This document shows positions 1 through 10,838 of a stretch of 64,000 nt of DNA, in pieces. The stretch is from a virus. The notes under the pieces were generated by a model. That model was not told where the DNA came from and did not search any database. It saw nothing but the letters and a program-made list of their open reading frames with translations. Position 1 is the stretch's first letter. Each line of letters opens with the position of its first letter. A program made the translations under genes and the position numbers. The DNA is taken from IMG/VR virus record IMGVR_UViG_3300025030_000051, positions 48,829-112,828 of that record; one strand, written 5' to 3'.

Positions 1-938
1 ATCCACTGCCAGGTCTTTTCCAATCCCTCTTTTAACGAAATTTTATACTCCCATCCAAGTTTCCTTAATTTAGAAACATCACCGATTCTTTTTAGTTCAA
101 TATCTTTTCTCTCTTCATTCAAAATAATTCTATTTAATTTAGTATCAGTTATTTCTTCCATTAGATCTACTAAATTAGTAAGAGTAATTCCAGTTTGAGT
201 TGAAACATTAAAAATATCATTTTTAGAATTTTTCATCGTTAACAATACTGCATCGACAACATCATCTACGTAAACTAAGTCTAATACCTTTTCATCTGGA
301 TTACCGTATAAAAATATATCTTTTTTACCCTTTTTTATTTGATTGAAAAAATTCCACAAGATTTCCGTATATGGTCCCGATGAATCCATTCTAATACCAT
401 AAATTGAGAAAAATCTATTTATAACATATTCTAAACCAAATAGTTCATGATAGCTTCTCAGAATATTTTCGCAATACAGTTTTCCCGACCCATAAATTGT
501 GTGAGGTAAACAATTTATCGACTCCTTAATAGGAAGCTCTTTAGGCTTTTGATAGACACTTGCACTGCTTGCAAAGAAAAATTTAATATTATACTTACTA
601 ACCCAGTCAATCAGTTTTACACCACCATCAGCAATATATTTGTGTCCCTCAAGAGGCTTGTCATTGCATCTATTAATACGAGTAGCAGCAAGGTGGAAAA
701 CCCACAATACTGTAAATGGATCTACAAAATCTTCAAAATTACATGTTGAAATATCAGTGTGGTGGAATTTCAATTTTGGATTAGACAATAAATGTTCTAT
801 ATTTTTAAGTGAATTAGTTCTAACTAAATTGTCTAATATTATTACATTATAATTTTTATATTCTTCATTATTTATAATTCTTTCAGCAAGATGAGAGCCT
901 AGAAAGCCTGCGCCACCTGTTATCAAAACACTATTCAT
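1..938 (-). CDS. NAD-dependent epimerase/dehydratase (extended SDR), 3' end runs off the window
   Basis: Not in ORF track; manual translation from ATG at 938: MNSVLITGGAGFLGSHL (TGxxGxxG), FHLAA, SSASVY, YGSGK (YxxxK), RFFSIYG, DLVYVDD. Confidence 0.9.
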   Translation of the reverse strand, partial: MNSVLITGGAGFLGSHLAERIINNEEYKNYNVIILDNLVRTNSLKNIEHLLSNPKLKFHHTDISTCNFEDFVDPFTVLWVFHLAATRINRCNDKPLEGHKYIADGGVKLIDWVSKYNIKFFFASSASVYQKPKELPIKESINCLPHTIYGSGKLYCENILRSYHELFGLEYVINRFFSIYGIRMDSSGPYTEILWNFFNQIKKGKKDIFLYGNPDEKVLDLVYVDDVVDAVLLTMKNSKNDIFNVSTQTGITLTNLVDLMEEITDTKLNRIILNEERKDIELKRIGDVSKLRKLGWEYKISLKEGLEKTWQW

Positions 939-1107
939 TTAAAAAAACTCCATTTTAAAATAAAATTATTTTTAATTGGAACATAAATTGTTCTTTGTAA
1001 TTCATAAAAATCATAATATAAATCTTCATTATATTGTAAAAAATCTTTAGTATTTTTCCAATCAATAAATTGATAAATTTTAGAAATTATTTGTACACTT
1101 ATTGCAT

Positions 1108-1626
1108 TCATTTTAACTCAAATGGAGTATAATTATGAATCTCAACACAAGCATTTATAATATTTCCAATAAAATTGAAAGCATTCCAATATTTATTATG
1201 AGTGTGCCCATGGAGAATCTTTGTAGATCTATAATATAGATGTTTATACTTTGTTAGAAATTCTTTTGGATTATGAACACACAACATTCCATTTTCAGAC
1301 CAATAATCAACTACTTCAGCAAACTTCATTTTTTTCATTCGCGATTTTGACATATCGTTGTCCCCTTTGACCAAGATAACCTGTCCATTTAACCTTTCAG
1401 CAAAAGAAGGAATAAGTTTTTTTGGCCCCATTGCAAAATCACCAAGATGAATCACTATATCATTTTTATCAACTACACTGTTCCAATTATTTATCATAGT
1501 TTCATTCATTTCTTCAACAGATTGAAAGGGACGATTGCAATATTTAATAATATTTTCGTGATTAAAATGAGTATCAGATATAAAAAAAGTTTTTACCATT
1601 GTTTTAATTTGAAACTTTATTTTCAT
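1108..1626 (-). CDS. Calcineurin-like metallophosphoesterase
   Basis: SDTHFNH, HLGDF, GDND (variant of GNHD), HGHTH; real start probably MVKTFF. Confidence 0.85.
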   Translation of the reverse strand: MKIKFQIKTMVKTFFISDTHFNHENIIKYCNRPFQSVEEMNETMINNWNSVVDKNDIVIHLGDFAMGPKKLIPSFAERLNGQVILVKGDNDMSKSRMKKMKFAEVVDYWSENGMLCVHNPKEFLTKYKHLYYRSTKILHGHTHNKYWNAFNFIGNIINACVEIHNYTPFELK

Positions 1627-1689
1627 TCAAAATTTATTTTTAAACTAGTAAAGTCATTTGTTTCAACATCACAAATAAAATGTAACATT

Positions 1690-1983
1690 TTATATTTTTA
1701 CCAATTTAAATGCACTGAATTCTTTAAAATCTTCTATTCTTGTCATTATACAGCTTCCACACAATAAATTCTGACTTTGTCTTATTTTATCCCAAATATC
1801 ATCTGTAACTGTGATATCTACTTTATATTTTAAACCACAGGACTGACAAGTCCAGCCATAATTTTCGTTTTTAAAAAAAGTACCACACTCATTGCATAGA
1901 ATTACTTTTGCTTCTAAAACTTTTTTACTCCAATCATAGTTATAATGAAAGTTATCTATATTATTACAACTTGGACATTTCAT
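1690..1983 (-). CDS. Zinc-ribbon hypothetical protein
   Basis: Four CxxC motifs. Confidence 0.55.
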   Translation of the reverse strand: MKCPSCNNIDNFHYNYDWSKKVLEAKVILCNECGTFFKNENYGWTCQSCGLKYKVDITVTDDIWDKIRQSQNLLCGSCIMTRIEDFKEFSAFKLVKI

Positions 1984-2790
1984 TTATTTAAACCTTTCAT
2001 CATTTTTTACTAGTTGTGTATATTTATCTTTAATGCGTTGAATTGCGAATTGTTGGTAACCTGGATTTTGTTTGGTTCCTCTATTTATTAAACCATTAAT
2101 TATTTCACTCCCAGCAGAATATTTAGATTGGCGATAGTACCAACAGGGATTTTGTATATATGTTCCCTTATATTCATTAAAAAGTATTCTTGACCAAAAT
2201 TCCATATCTGCAGCGCCTTCATATTCTAAATCAGGTTCTCCTATTAAACTGTGTAATTCTCTTTTATACACGGTTCCACTTGCCAACATGTTATTGTTTG
2301 CTCTTGTAACCTTATTATTAGTTACTCCAAACCATTGTTTAAACTGTTTTAACGATTCTCTATATTCAATATAATATTCTGGATGTATTAATATAGATTG
2401 CAGGGATAAATCTTCTGAAACTTTAAAACCATTTGCTGTAACAAAATATAAATCTTTTTCTTTTTCAAACCAATATTTAACTTGTTCATAAAACATAGAA
2501 GTCATTACATCATCTTGACCAGAAATTTGAACATATTCTCCTTCTAAATATGGAATTACACCGACATATGAACCAGCACACATTTTATTACCATAATTAA
2601 TTTTTGAATAAATATATTTAACATCATTTGAAACTTCTTTAATATCATCTTTTATTATCTCATCACCACAATCATTAAAAATAATGTACGTAAAATCTAT
2701 TCCAGATTTTATTAAAGACATTAAATTTAATTTAATGGTTTCTAAAATAAATTCATTTCTTTTATATACACTTTGTACTATACTTATCAT
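1984..2790 (-). CDS. Glycosyltransferase family 2
   Basis: ISIVQSVYKR, IIFNDC, QDD (DxD-like), ADMEFWSR, YYRQ. Confidence 0.8.
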   Translation of the reverse strand: MISIVQSVYKRNEFILETIKLNLMSLIKSGIDFTYIIFNDCGDEIIKDDIKEVSNDVKYIYSKINYGNKMCAGSYVGVIPYLEGEYVQISGQDDVMTSMFYEQVKYWFEKEKDLYFVTANGFKVSEDLSLQSILIHPEYYIEYRESLKQFKQWFGVTNNKVTRANNNMLASGTVYKRELHSLIGEPDLEYEGAADMEFWSRILFNEYKGTYIQNPCWYYRQSKYSAGSEIINGLINRGTKQNPGYQQFAIQRIKDKYTQLVKNDERFK

Positions 2791-3141
2791 GTATTATTGT
2801 TGTCATAATTCTTTTTTATTAATTCTATGAGCTTTGGATTTCTATACTCAAAATTATCTGGAATATTTAAACAAATTATTTTTTTATTAGTCATTTCAAA
2901 AAGAATATTTTTTTGATTTTTATCCATGCATACAACTTCATCTGCCCATTCTAAAACAACATCGTCTATTGGTATTAAAGCAAACTCTTTAGAAAGTCCA
3001 ACTGATCTTGTATTATAATTGTATGGTTCTTGTGATAATACAAGTGCTGTTGTTGGTGATCTAAGTAAACCGGCAGAACAAACACATAATACTTTTTTAT
3101 ATTTTCCTTGATTTATTATTAATATTTGCCATTCTATTCAT
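2787..3141 (-). pseudogene. Low-molecular-weight protein tyrosine phosphatase-like gene, frameshifted near the 5' end
   Basis: Manual translation: KVLCVCSAGLLRSPT (CX5R), EWADEVVCM, LNIPDNFEY; the ATG-started MNRMANINN is out of frame with the body near 3112. Confidence 0.7.
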
Positions 3142-3152
3142 TTTGAATTCTG

Positions 3153-3471
3153 TCATAATTCTATAACTCTTTTACCAATTTGTGCAAAATTACTTTCTGC
3201 TTTTTTATTATCTTTTTCTTTTAAAAATTCAATTATTTCAATATTTTTTAACTCCTTCAATTCAGCCTTATCAAATTCATGTTGTATTTCATTTAATATT
3301 TTATTAATATAAAGTGATTGTGAATATAAAAGTTCTTCAGTAATAAAAAAAAGTAAAGATTTTATCATTTTTTTTAATATAAAATCTATGAACACCATTA
3401 TCATAGTAACTTTTGACTTTACATTCAAATTTTGTTTCTATTAAATTCTTTAATTCATATAAAATCTGCAT
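3153..3471 (-). pseudogene. Hypothetical gene split by a frameshift in a T8 run
   Basis: ORFs 3337..3588 and 3153..3428 overlap and join at the homopolymer at 3345-3352. Confidence 0.4.
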
Positions 3472-3949
3472 TTTTAATATATTCATCAAAATCTTCTTGA
3501 CTGTAAGTTTCTTTAATATCTTTTTTATATATAATTTTAGCAGGATTACCATAAGCAATTGCATTATTAGGGACATCTTTAGTAACAACTGAACCGGCGC
3601 CTATTATTGCACTATTACCAATGTTTACAGGCAATAAAGTTACTCCACTTCCAATTCTTACATTATTACCAACTTTTGTTTTTCTCAATATCCAATTTTC
3701 TTTATTTTCTTTAAATAAATCATTAGTAAATGCACACAAATGTGAAATAAAACAGTCATCACCAATTTCTACACCCTCACAAATGAAAGTATGAGAACTT
3801 ATTCTTGTTCTGTTTCCTATTTTTACATTTTTCTGAATTTCAACAAAGGGACCTATTAAGCAATTTTCTCCTATTTCACAGTCATATAAATTAACTTGAT
3901 CTAAATTTATTATTTTAGTATTTTTGCCTATTTTACAATTAGTTATCAT
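3455..3949 (-). CDS. Hexapeptide-repeat sugar acetyltransferase (WxcM/WbpD-like)
   Basis: Left-handed beta-helix repeats, FTND, IGAGSVVTKDVP, GNPAK. Confidence 0.9.
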   Translation of the reverse strand: MITNCKIGKNTKIINLDQVNLYDCEIGENCLIGPFVEIQKNVKIGNRTRISSHTFICEGVEIGDDCFISHLCAFTNDLFKENKENWILRKTKVGNNVRIGSGVTLLPVNIGNSAIIGAGSVVTKDVPNNAIAYGNPAKIIYKKDIKETYSQEDFDEYIKNADFI

Positions 3950-3952
3950 TTT

Positions 3953-4396
3953 TTATTTTCTCTTTAGAGTTAAACTTTCTGAATCGTATTCAAATTCTTG
4001 TGACAATGAAATTGTAGATGATTCTTTTTTCTCTATTTTTTCTATTTGTTTTATATTTTCTTTTCTAATCATTTGAAAGTTAGCTTCATAACGTCTTTCG
4101 CTTGCAAAATCGAATGTTGATTTAAGATATCTATATGCATCTCTACTTATTTTTCCTTTTAATGGAATGCAATAGCCTACACAAGTCTGATAGTGTAATT
4201 CACCATCTATGTCTCTTGTCAAATAATACAAATCGTCATCACCAATATTAAATCCCTCTAATATTTCAAGCTTATCATACAGTGTGTAAACAATAGTATT
4301 AAGATATTTCTTAACGAATCTTCTACAAAGCTTAGTGTTTGTTTGACGAAAAACTTTATAGATTAAAAAGTGTCTTACTATATAATATAGTTTCAT
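3953..4396 (-). CDS. Hypothetical protein
   Basis: 147-aa ORF tightly packed in the operon. Confidence 0.5.
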   Translation of the reverse strand: MKLYYIVRHFLIYKVFRQTNTKLCRRFVKKYLNTIVYTLYDKLEILEGFNIGDDDLYYLTRDIDGELHYQTCVGYCIPLKGKISRDAYRYLKSTFDFASERRYEANFQMIRKENIKQIEKIEKKESSTISLSQEFEYDSESLTLKRK

Positions 4397-4641
4397 TTCA
4401 ATATTTTTTTCACTAATTTAACTATTTTAGGATCTTCAAAGTTTTTAATACCATACAATTTTATATTAGATAACTTAAGCTTAATATTAGTTTTATCTTT
4501 TATTTTTTTTGCTAAATCTATAATATTTTTATTATCTTTTTCCTTCCAGTCAGTTGTAATATCAACACAACTAGAAAATATTAAAGATTCTAAAATATAC
4601 TGTAGATCTTCTTCATTTATGTCTATCTTATATGTTTTCAT
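4393..4641 (-). CDS. Hypothetical protein
   Basis: 82-aa ORF with ATGA overlap. Confidence 0.5.
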   Translation of the reverse strand: MKTYKIDINEEDLQYILESLIFSSCVDITTDWKEKDNKNIIDLAKKIKDKTNIKLKLSNIKLYGIKNFEDPKIVKLVKKILK

Positions 4642-5608
4642 ATTCTAATATCTCATTAAATTTTTCAATAAATTTTTCTTCTGTATATAATTTTTCATAA
4701 TTATAACGAGTCAATACAGAACACTCGTCATAAAAATCTTTATCATTTACTAATTCATAAGCAACACATCTAGCTGAATCTAAATCACCCTCTTTTAATG
4801 ATAAAGAACTGTGGTGTAGTTTTCTTTGAGTATCACAATTTTCATAACCAATACAAGGTAATGATAGAAATGAACAGTTAAGAGCAAATGTGCCTGCTGC
4901 ATATACTCTCATCAAATGAATTCCATAAGACATTTTTCTTAAACTCATCATCCAATCATACCAAGGCACGTATTGAAGATATTTGATGTCCATAATATTA
5001 TCTTCACCTAATTTCTTCCTTCCCATTGATGGAGCAAAAATTTGAATGTTCATTTCTTTAGCAATTACATAACTGTCTATTCCTGAATACCACTGACAAA
5101 TCGTACCACCGAGCATCACAGCTTCTTGTCTTGTAAAAATATCATCTGAATTTATTAAATCAGTTATCATTAAGCTTTGTAGAACATAAACATTTTTTCC
5201 AGTTAAACCATAAAAATATGAAACATCACAATCATTATGACAAAATAAGAAATCAGCATCCATTAAAATTTTTATATATTCAAATTGATGTTGTATTGAT
5301 GAATCTTGAAAATATTCTTGATTAGCTTCTTGCATAATAGCTATTTTTTTACAGTATTTTCTAATATTTTCATTTATGTGTTTTCTTAATATAGGTATTG
5401 CATTAAAATTTAATACAAACCATTTTTTTGGAATTATAATTATTCCTAAATCAAAGTTTTCTTGTATTTTTTCTTCATATAATGGAATGTGTACAGCATT
5501 TAAAGCACATATCCATGCACAGTCCGTCCTCATATTGGAAAAATTTCTTGGTATTTTACTATAATAATTACCTTCGGTAAAAAATGCTATTTTTTTATTT
5601 TGTAACAA
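4628..5608 (-). CDS. Putative GT-B fold glycosyltransferase
   Basis: ADFLFCHN, GIHLM..AAGTFALNCSFLSLPCIG resembles the GT-B C-terminal nucleotide-binding motif; sugar-gene context. Confidence 0.6.
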   Translation of the reverse strand: MLQNKKIAFFTEGNYYSKIPRNFSNMRTDCAWICALNAVHIPLYEEKIQENFDLGIIIIPKKWFVLNFNAIPILRKHINENIRKYCKKIAIMQEANQEYFQDSSIQHQFEYIKILMDADFLFCHNDCDVSYFYGLTGKNVYVLQSLMITDLINSDDIFTRQEAVMLGGTICQWYSGIDSYVIAKEMNIQIFAPSMGRKKLGEDNIMDIKYLQYVPWYDWMMSLRKMSYGIHLMRVYAAGTFALNCSFLSLPCIGYENCDTQRKLHHSSLSLKEGDLDSARCVAYELVNDKDFYDECSVLTRYNYEKLYTEEKFIEKFNEILEYENI

Positions 5609-5748
5609 AATTTATAATCCTATTTGTGATGAATATTTTTTTAACATCGTACAAATCTATTTTTATTTTTTCTAAAGAAGATTTGATTAAGTCAAAATTC
5701 CATTCGTGACTATAATTATTTTTTATTATAACTTCTATTATTTCTTCT

Positions 5749-6240
5749 TTATTTTTCATTCAATTTTTTTTCTAAATATTCAAAGGATTTCATAAAAGCT
5801 TCTTGTTCTGCCTCGAATCTAGACTTAATATTTTCTCTTTCTATTCCCAAATAACCGCTTTCATTTTGTAATTTATAATTCCAAGTATTTAAATATTTTC
5901 TTTCTTCGACATCACGAATTAATTCGTAATCTTTATCAATTATTATAAAAATATTATTATCATCAAAGAAACTGTAGTTAAAAGCCGAATAAGAAAATTC
6001 ACACATAGTTTCTTTAGATATATTTACTCCTGTTCTTTTCCACCAATTTAAACAACGTTCAAATGATTTTGGATATTTTTGTTTTATTATATCAAAATTT
6101 AACTTAATTGTTTTATTTTTCTTTATCTCATTTAATTTTTCTAATGTTGACATTTCAACGTCACTAAGTTCACAATCATAATTTTCAAGCAAATCGGCTT
6201 TTAACTTATAAAAATCAATGTAATATTGTTTTTCTTTCAT
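5749..6240 (-). CDS. Hypothetical phage protein
   Basis: 163-aa ORF, C-terminal SRFEAEQEAFMKSFE helix. Confidence 0.5.
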   Translation of the reverse strand: MKEKQYYIDFYKLKADLLENYDCELSDVEMSTLEKLNEIKKNKTIKLNFDIIKQKYPKSFERCLNWWKRTGVNISKETMCEFSYSAFNYSFFDDNNIFIIIDKDYELIRDVEERKYLNTWNYKLQNESGYLGIERENIKSRFEAEQEAFMKSFEYLEKKLNEK

Positions 6241-6414
6241 ATCATTTTAATATTTAAAATTAAAGAACTAACTTTTACATAATTGTTTATTTCTGGTAAA
6301 AATATTTCTATACTAGCACCATCAAGAGGCTTTTTAGAAATATAGCAAATATTTTTTTCCTTACAATATTTAGCTCTTTCAATTATTTCTTTAGCTGTTA
6401 ATGCTTTTTTCAAG

Positions 6415-7065
6415 TTATCTCACTATTTTTGAATACATTTCATTCTGTTTTATCTGTTTCTCAAGACTTTTTTCATGATATAAAGCAAATTCTAATTTGA
6501 ATGGTAAATTAGTTTCAGTTTCATGACCTAATATTATTTCATGTACTGAGCCGTACCAACATATTCTTTTAGTATTTTTAAAAATTCTGCCTTGTTTGTC
6601 TGGCCAATTATTTACTAAATCATTATAACCATCTAATTTTGTCATTCTCCACCCCCATTTTTTAATCCATTCACTTGTAATTCCCTTGACAATATTTGTT
6701 CTTGGAATCCAGAATAGTTCTATATCTTTATTTGCTTCTAATATTGTCTTTAAATTTTCTAATAAGTAAGATGATGGAATTTCGTCACAATCTATTTGAA
6801 AAATCCAATCTTTTGTACATTTATTCTTGCCAAAATTTTTAAATGAAGCAAAATCATTATTAAGAGAATAGTTATAATATAACAATTTTTTTGTATTAAG
6901 TAAACCATATTTATATACTTCATCATCTTTTATTTTATCAGACTCTATATCTTGAAGCACAATTATTTCATCTTCTTCATCTTTTTTAGACAATAGATAA
7001 GAAATTAATTTCTTAATTTCTTGTAGTTCATCATGCACTGTAACTAAAAAACTAACTGTCACCAT
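6415..7065 (-). CDS. Glycosyltransferase family 2
   Basis: DFASFKN, WIFQIDCDE (DxD), WPDKQGRIF, VHE. Confidence 0.85.
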   Translation of the reverse strand: MVTVSFLVTVHDELQEIKKLISYLLSKKDEEDEIIVLQDIESDKIKDDEVYKYGLLNTKKLLYYNYSLNNDFASFKNFGKNKCTKDWIFQIDCDEIPSSYLLENLKTILEANKDIELFWIPRTNIVKGITSEWIKKWGWRMTKLDGYNDLVNNWPDKQGRIFKNTKRICWYGSVHEIILGHETETNLPFKLEFALYHEKSLEKQIKQNEMYSKIVR

Positions 7066-7243
7066 CTATATCTATTAAATTCGTCATTTATTAAATAATT
7101 TTTTATTGATATGTTAAAAGTAAAATTAAAATTTCTAAGTGAACCATCACTAAATCCATCAATTTTATTATTTAAATCGTAAAATATTTTAACCCAAATC
7201 TTACTACAGATATTAAAAAAAGTTAAATCAATGTTGTTTTTTT

Positions 7244-7687
7244 TCATTTCACAAAGAAATTATAAGCAACCAATCTCAAGCTATGGATGTCTTCATATTT
7301 ATATGTTCTGTAATGTATGTTTTTATGAGTATCTAAATAATGACGCATTCTTATTCTGTAAAACGACTCTGGCGTCTGGGATTCAGTAGACAGCTTTCTT
7401 AACGCAGGAACAAATTTATCTGGTTCGTCTGTTTCCACTTCTTTTACTTCTTGTATGACAAATTTCCTGAAAGTATTTACATCTTCTAACGTCATATAGT
7501 CTAATACTATTGAATGTAGTAGATTATTAAATCTTGGATTTAATACTATTAATGTTGGATGTTTATTGTTCTCTGATTTTGGATAGTAAAAAGTTATAAT
7601 CTGGCCTATTTTTATTGATGCCCTTCTAATAGGAATGTAGCCCGTTATTCTTTTTTCTATGTGTGTTAAAATATAATTACGAGGCAT
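7244..7687 (-). CDS. Possible T4 gp2-like DNA end-protector family protein
   Basis: GQIITFYY..P.LIVL..LHSIVLDYM..YRTY pattern; weak recognition. Confidence 0.4.
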   Translation of the reverse strand: MPRNYILTHIEKRITGYIPIRRASIKIGQIITFYYPKSENNKHPTLIVLNPRFNNLLHSIVLDYMTLEDVNTFRKFVIQEVKEVETDEPDKFVPALRKLSTESQTPESFYRIRMRHYLDTHKNIHYRTYKYEDIHSLRLVAYNFFVK

Positions 7688-8063
7688 AAATAATTTTTCA
7701 AAAGTTATATTTTTTTAATAAATTTAGACTCAATTAATTTTTTAAATAATTTTTTAGCATCTTTAAGTGCTAATTTTACATTCCTATGTGGTTGTTTACA
7801 AGATATATTTCCTTGAATAATTCCTATCCACTTTTGTTGTTTTGAATAGTCAAAAGTATTTAAGTTAATTGCTGCATAACCCTTTATAATATTTATCATA
7901 TCTTCACTTTAAGACTTTTAAATTTGATTTCAAATAATTGTATTGCTCTCCACATTACTATTTCCAAATTTGTAATTTTTATAGAAGAAAAATCTGTTAT
8001 TTCTATGTTGAGTAGTTTTTGATAAAGAGTCCACTTAATTTCTTTCATAATGTAAGTTATTAA

Positions 8064-8324
8064 TCAGTCTTTCATAATCTTTCTGTCTATATAAATAATT
8101 AAATCATCTAACTCTTCTTTTCTTTTTACAATCTTATTCTTATAAATTTTTAGTTGTTTTTTATTCATTCTATCTATAAACATAAAATTTAATGAATTTT
8201 TCTTAAATCTTTTTTGTTTTTTTAATTCTGATTGTTCAAATTCATTCCAAGTATTTTTTAAATTAGAAAAATCAAAAATTTTATTTTCAATATTTATATT
8301 AGGATCAATAATGCCTTTTTTCAT
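8064..8324 (-). CDS. Hypothetical coiled-coil protein
   Basis: 86-aa ORF; its C-terminal half has a paralogous remnant at ~14915-15035. Confidence 0.45.
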   Translation of the reverse strand: MKKGIIDPNINIENKIFDFSNLKNTWNEFEQSELKKQKRFKKNSLNFMFIDRMNKKQLKIYKNKIVKRKEELDDLIIYIDRKIMKD

Positions 8325-8328
8325 GTAA

Positions 8329-8784
8329 TTACTCTATTTCCAAATCTTGAGATACATTTCCCATTTTTTTACATGCATCTATAAACCTATACTTATCAAA
8401 TTTTTCACTTAAGTCAACTGCAAACCTTTGAGTGTATTCATCTCCATAATTGTTTTTTTCACTTTCATTTATTTCAATAATAGGGGTGTATACCCATTTC
8501 CAGTCTTCCTTTATCCCTTCTGGATAGATAGATCCCCTTGTGCTTATTAACACAATTGGAAACCAGTGCAACCCCCTGTCTTCATCATATAAACTCAAAT
8601 CTAAAATCAACTGTGAAACGTTGTTCATTGATTTAATCAACTCACCAGTCTTAAAATTACTGTTTGTAGTAAAGCCACATTTTAAGCACAAATATGAATA
8701 TATGTTATCACCAAGATCTTTTGAAAGTTCTGTTTTAATTACGTTTTTAGTATTACAATTTATACAAATTTCTTTTTGTTCCAC
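8329..8784 (-). CDS. Zinc-binding conserved phage protein
   Basis: CINC and CLKCGFTT, WFP, GSIYPEG, WKW. Confidence 0.55.
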   Translation of the reverse strand: MEQKEICINCNTKNVIKTELSKDLGDNIYSYLCLKCGFTTNSNFKTGELIKSMNNVSQLILDLSLYDEDRGLHWFPIVLISTRGSIYPEGIKEDWKWVYTPIIEINESEKNNYGDEYTQRFAVDLSEKFDKYRFIDACKKMGNVSQDLEIE

Positions 8785-9170
8785 TATTCATTCCTATTAT
8801 AAAATCTTTTTGCTTCATTATAGCCTTCTAAAAGAAAGACAGAAAATGCAGCTATAGATAAACTTGGATAAAATAAAAATAAAATGATTATTGATCTATA
8901 TATTATCAACAAATATTTTTTTATTTTTAAATATATTTTTAATCTTTTATCCATGGAGTATCTCTTTATATCGTTCAAATTGAGATTTAAACAACTCATC
9001 TGTATATAATAATTGTTCTCCGTCTTCATCTATTACTATCCAATCGTTTTTATTTGCTTTTACTTCAGTCAGAGTTTTACCGCCTTCTGTAAGTAAGATA
9101 ACCTTTCTATCAGAAATAACTTGATTGGCTATTACTAGATTATTACTTAATTTTTTTTTATATTTTTCGT

Positions 9171-10508
9171 TCATTTATCTTCTCCAATCTTTTTCAATTT
9201 AGGCAAAACTGGTAAGGCAATATTTTCATTAGTACGTTTTAATTTTGGTAATGGAGGAAGTACTATATCTTTAGTTTCTGGAAACTTAGGGACGTTTTCT
9301 TCCATTATTTTATCTAATTCTTCTATCATTTTATCGAATGAAAACTTTTCTTTGTTTTGTTGAGCTAACAACCTTGCGTTTGGTAAAAATGTTTGATATC
9401 TTTTCCAAACGTCTACCATAACTTGAGAGGCAAATGAATAGTTTATATTGAACCAACTAGAGTTTGGTTCAATTACTCCATTCCAAACAGCAGAAGGATG
9501 AACCTGCTTAATTTCACCAGGTAACAATAATACTAATTCTTTCGGCAAAAAATCAACATGTCCAGACCATCCACTGACCATAATAGGCTTTTCGCTTAAA
9601 CTTGCTTCAAGCAGAGGCCTACCAAAGCCCTCTCCTTTTGTAAAGCTAACGTGTATTTTTATCTTAGAATGATTATATAGTCCATTCATATCTTCAGAAG
9701 ACAGATCGCCAAATAATAAATAAATATTTGGCAAATCACCCTTTATATCCTTTTTTATTGCTTCAATTTTTCTAATAGTATCAAGTCTGTCAATATAAGA
9801 AAATGTATTTCCAGTTTTTAATAATAAAGCAGGTTTATTAGGCTTATTTTTAAACGTTTCTAAAAATGTCTTAATCAACATTCCCACATCTTTTCTATCA
9901 GCTCCAAGTCCTCCTTGTAGCCAATGGCCTACAAATAAGAAAACAAAATCTTCTTTTATTTTATTTAATTCGTGCCTAATTTTAGTCTGAATATTTTCAG
10001 TTTTATAAAAAATAGAAGTATCAACACCCTCAAATAAAACATGAATTGGTTTAGTACAACTCAAATTACCAATAACCTGCTTTGTAACATTATCTTGCTG
10101 AGTATATTTTGTATTAACAAAAACGTTCTTAGCAAAAATAGAAGGAACAATATTGAAGTTCATTCTGTTCAGTCCTTCAATCCAAGCTGGGGAACATATT
10201 GTCGTCTCAATACCGGCTGTAATGCCTATATTAAACATTGCTATTTGTTGAAACTCATTTGGAACTGATAGTTGTATAGAAATTTCTGGTTTTTTTGGTA
10301 AATTAGGAGTTGGAATTATTTTAGATATAATTTCATCATCAATGCCCTTTTTTAAAGCAGACCTGGGGAGTGTTCCCCAACGAATAGATAAAATTTTAAT
10401 ATCATATTTATCTATTTTTAAAAGAGAATTAACTATTGATTTAGAATGTTCGCCATAACCTGAACGGGAATCAACAGGACCAATAAACAATAAAGTTGGT
10501 TTACTCAT
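9171..10508 (-). CDS. Glycosyltransferase family 4 (GT-B)
   Basis: SRSGYG, FLFVGHW, RKD, GEGFGRPLLEA (EX7E). Confidence 0.9.
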   Translation of the reverse strand: MSKPTLLFIGPVDSRSGYGEHSKSIVNSLLKIDKYDIKILSIRWGTLPRSALKKGIDDEIISKIIPTPNLPKKPEISIQLSVPNEFQQIAMFNIGITAGIETTICSPAWIEGLNRMNFNIVPSIFAKNVFVNTKYTQQDNVTKQVIGNLSCTKPIHVLFEGVDTSIFYKTENIQTKIRHELNKIKEDFVFLFVGHWLQGGLGADRKDVGMLIKTFLETFKNKPNKPALLLKTGNTFSYIDRLDTIRKIEAIKKDIKGDLPNIYLLFGDLSSEDMNGLYNHSKIKIHVSFTKGEGFGRPLLEASLSEKPIMVSGWSGHVDFLPKELVLLLPGEIKQVHPSAVWNGVIEPNSSWFNINYSFASQVMVDVWKRYQTFLPNARLLAQQNKEKFSFDKMIEELDKIMEENVPKFPETKDIVLPPLPKLKRTNENIALPVLPKLKKIGEDK

Positions 10509-10838
10509 TATTAATTCCAGTCAAGAAAAATTTTTGTCTAATTCGCAAAAAATCACATTTTAAAAATTTTTTTATTTCATTTTGTCGCCTAACATCTAAT
10601 ATTTTCATTTTAATCTCTAACTAAAATTGACTGTTTTTCATACAATTTTAATAATGTATTGTCAAAAATATTTCTATTCATTAGACTCCATTATTTATCA
10701 TATACTGCATTATAAATGAATATATTCTATTCTTAAAAATAATACTTTTATATTCTTCAAGAAATAATTTAGCAATAAAATTTAATTTAAAAGAAATGTT
10801 TTCATTTATACTATTTAATAATTGTTTTCTTAGTAACA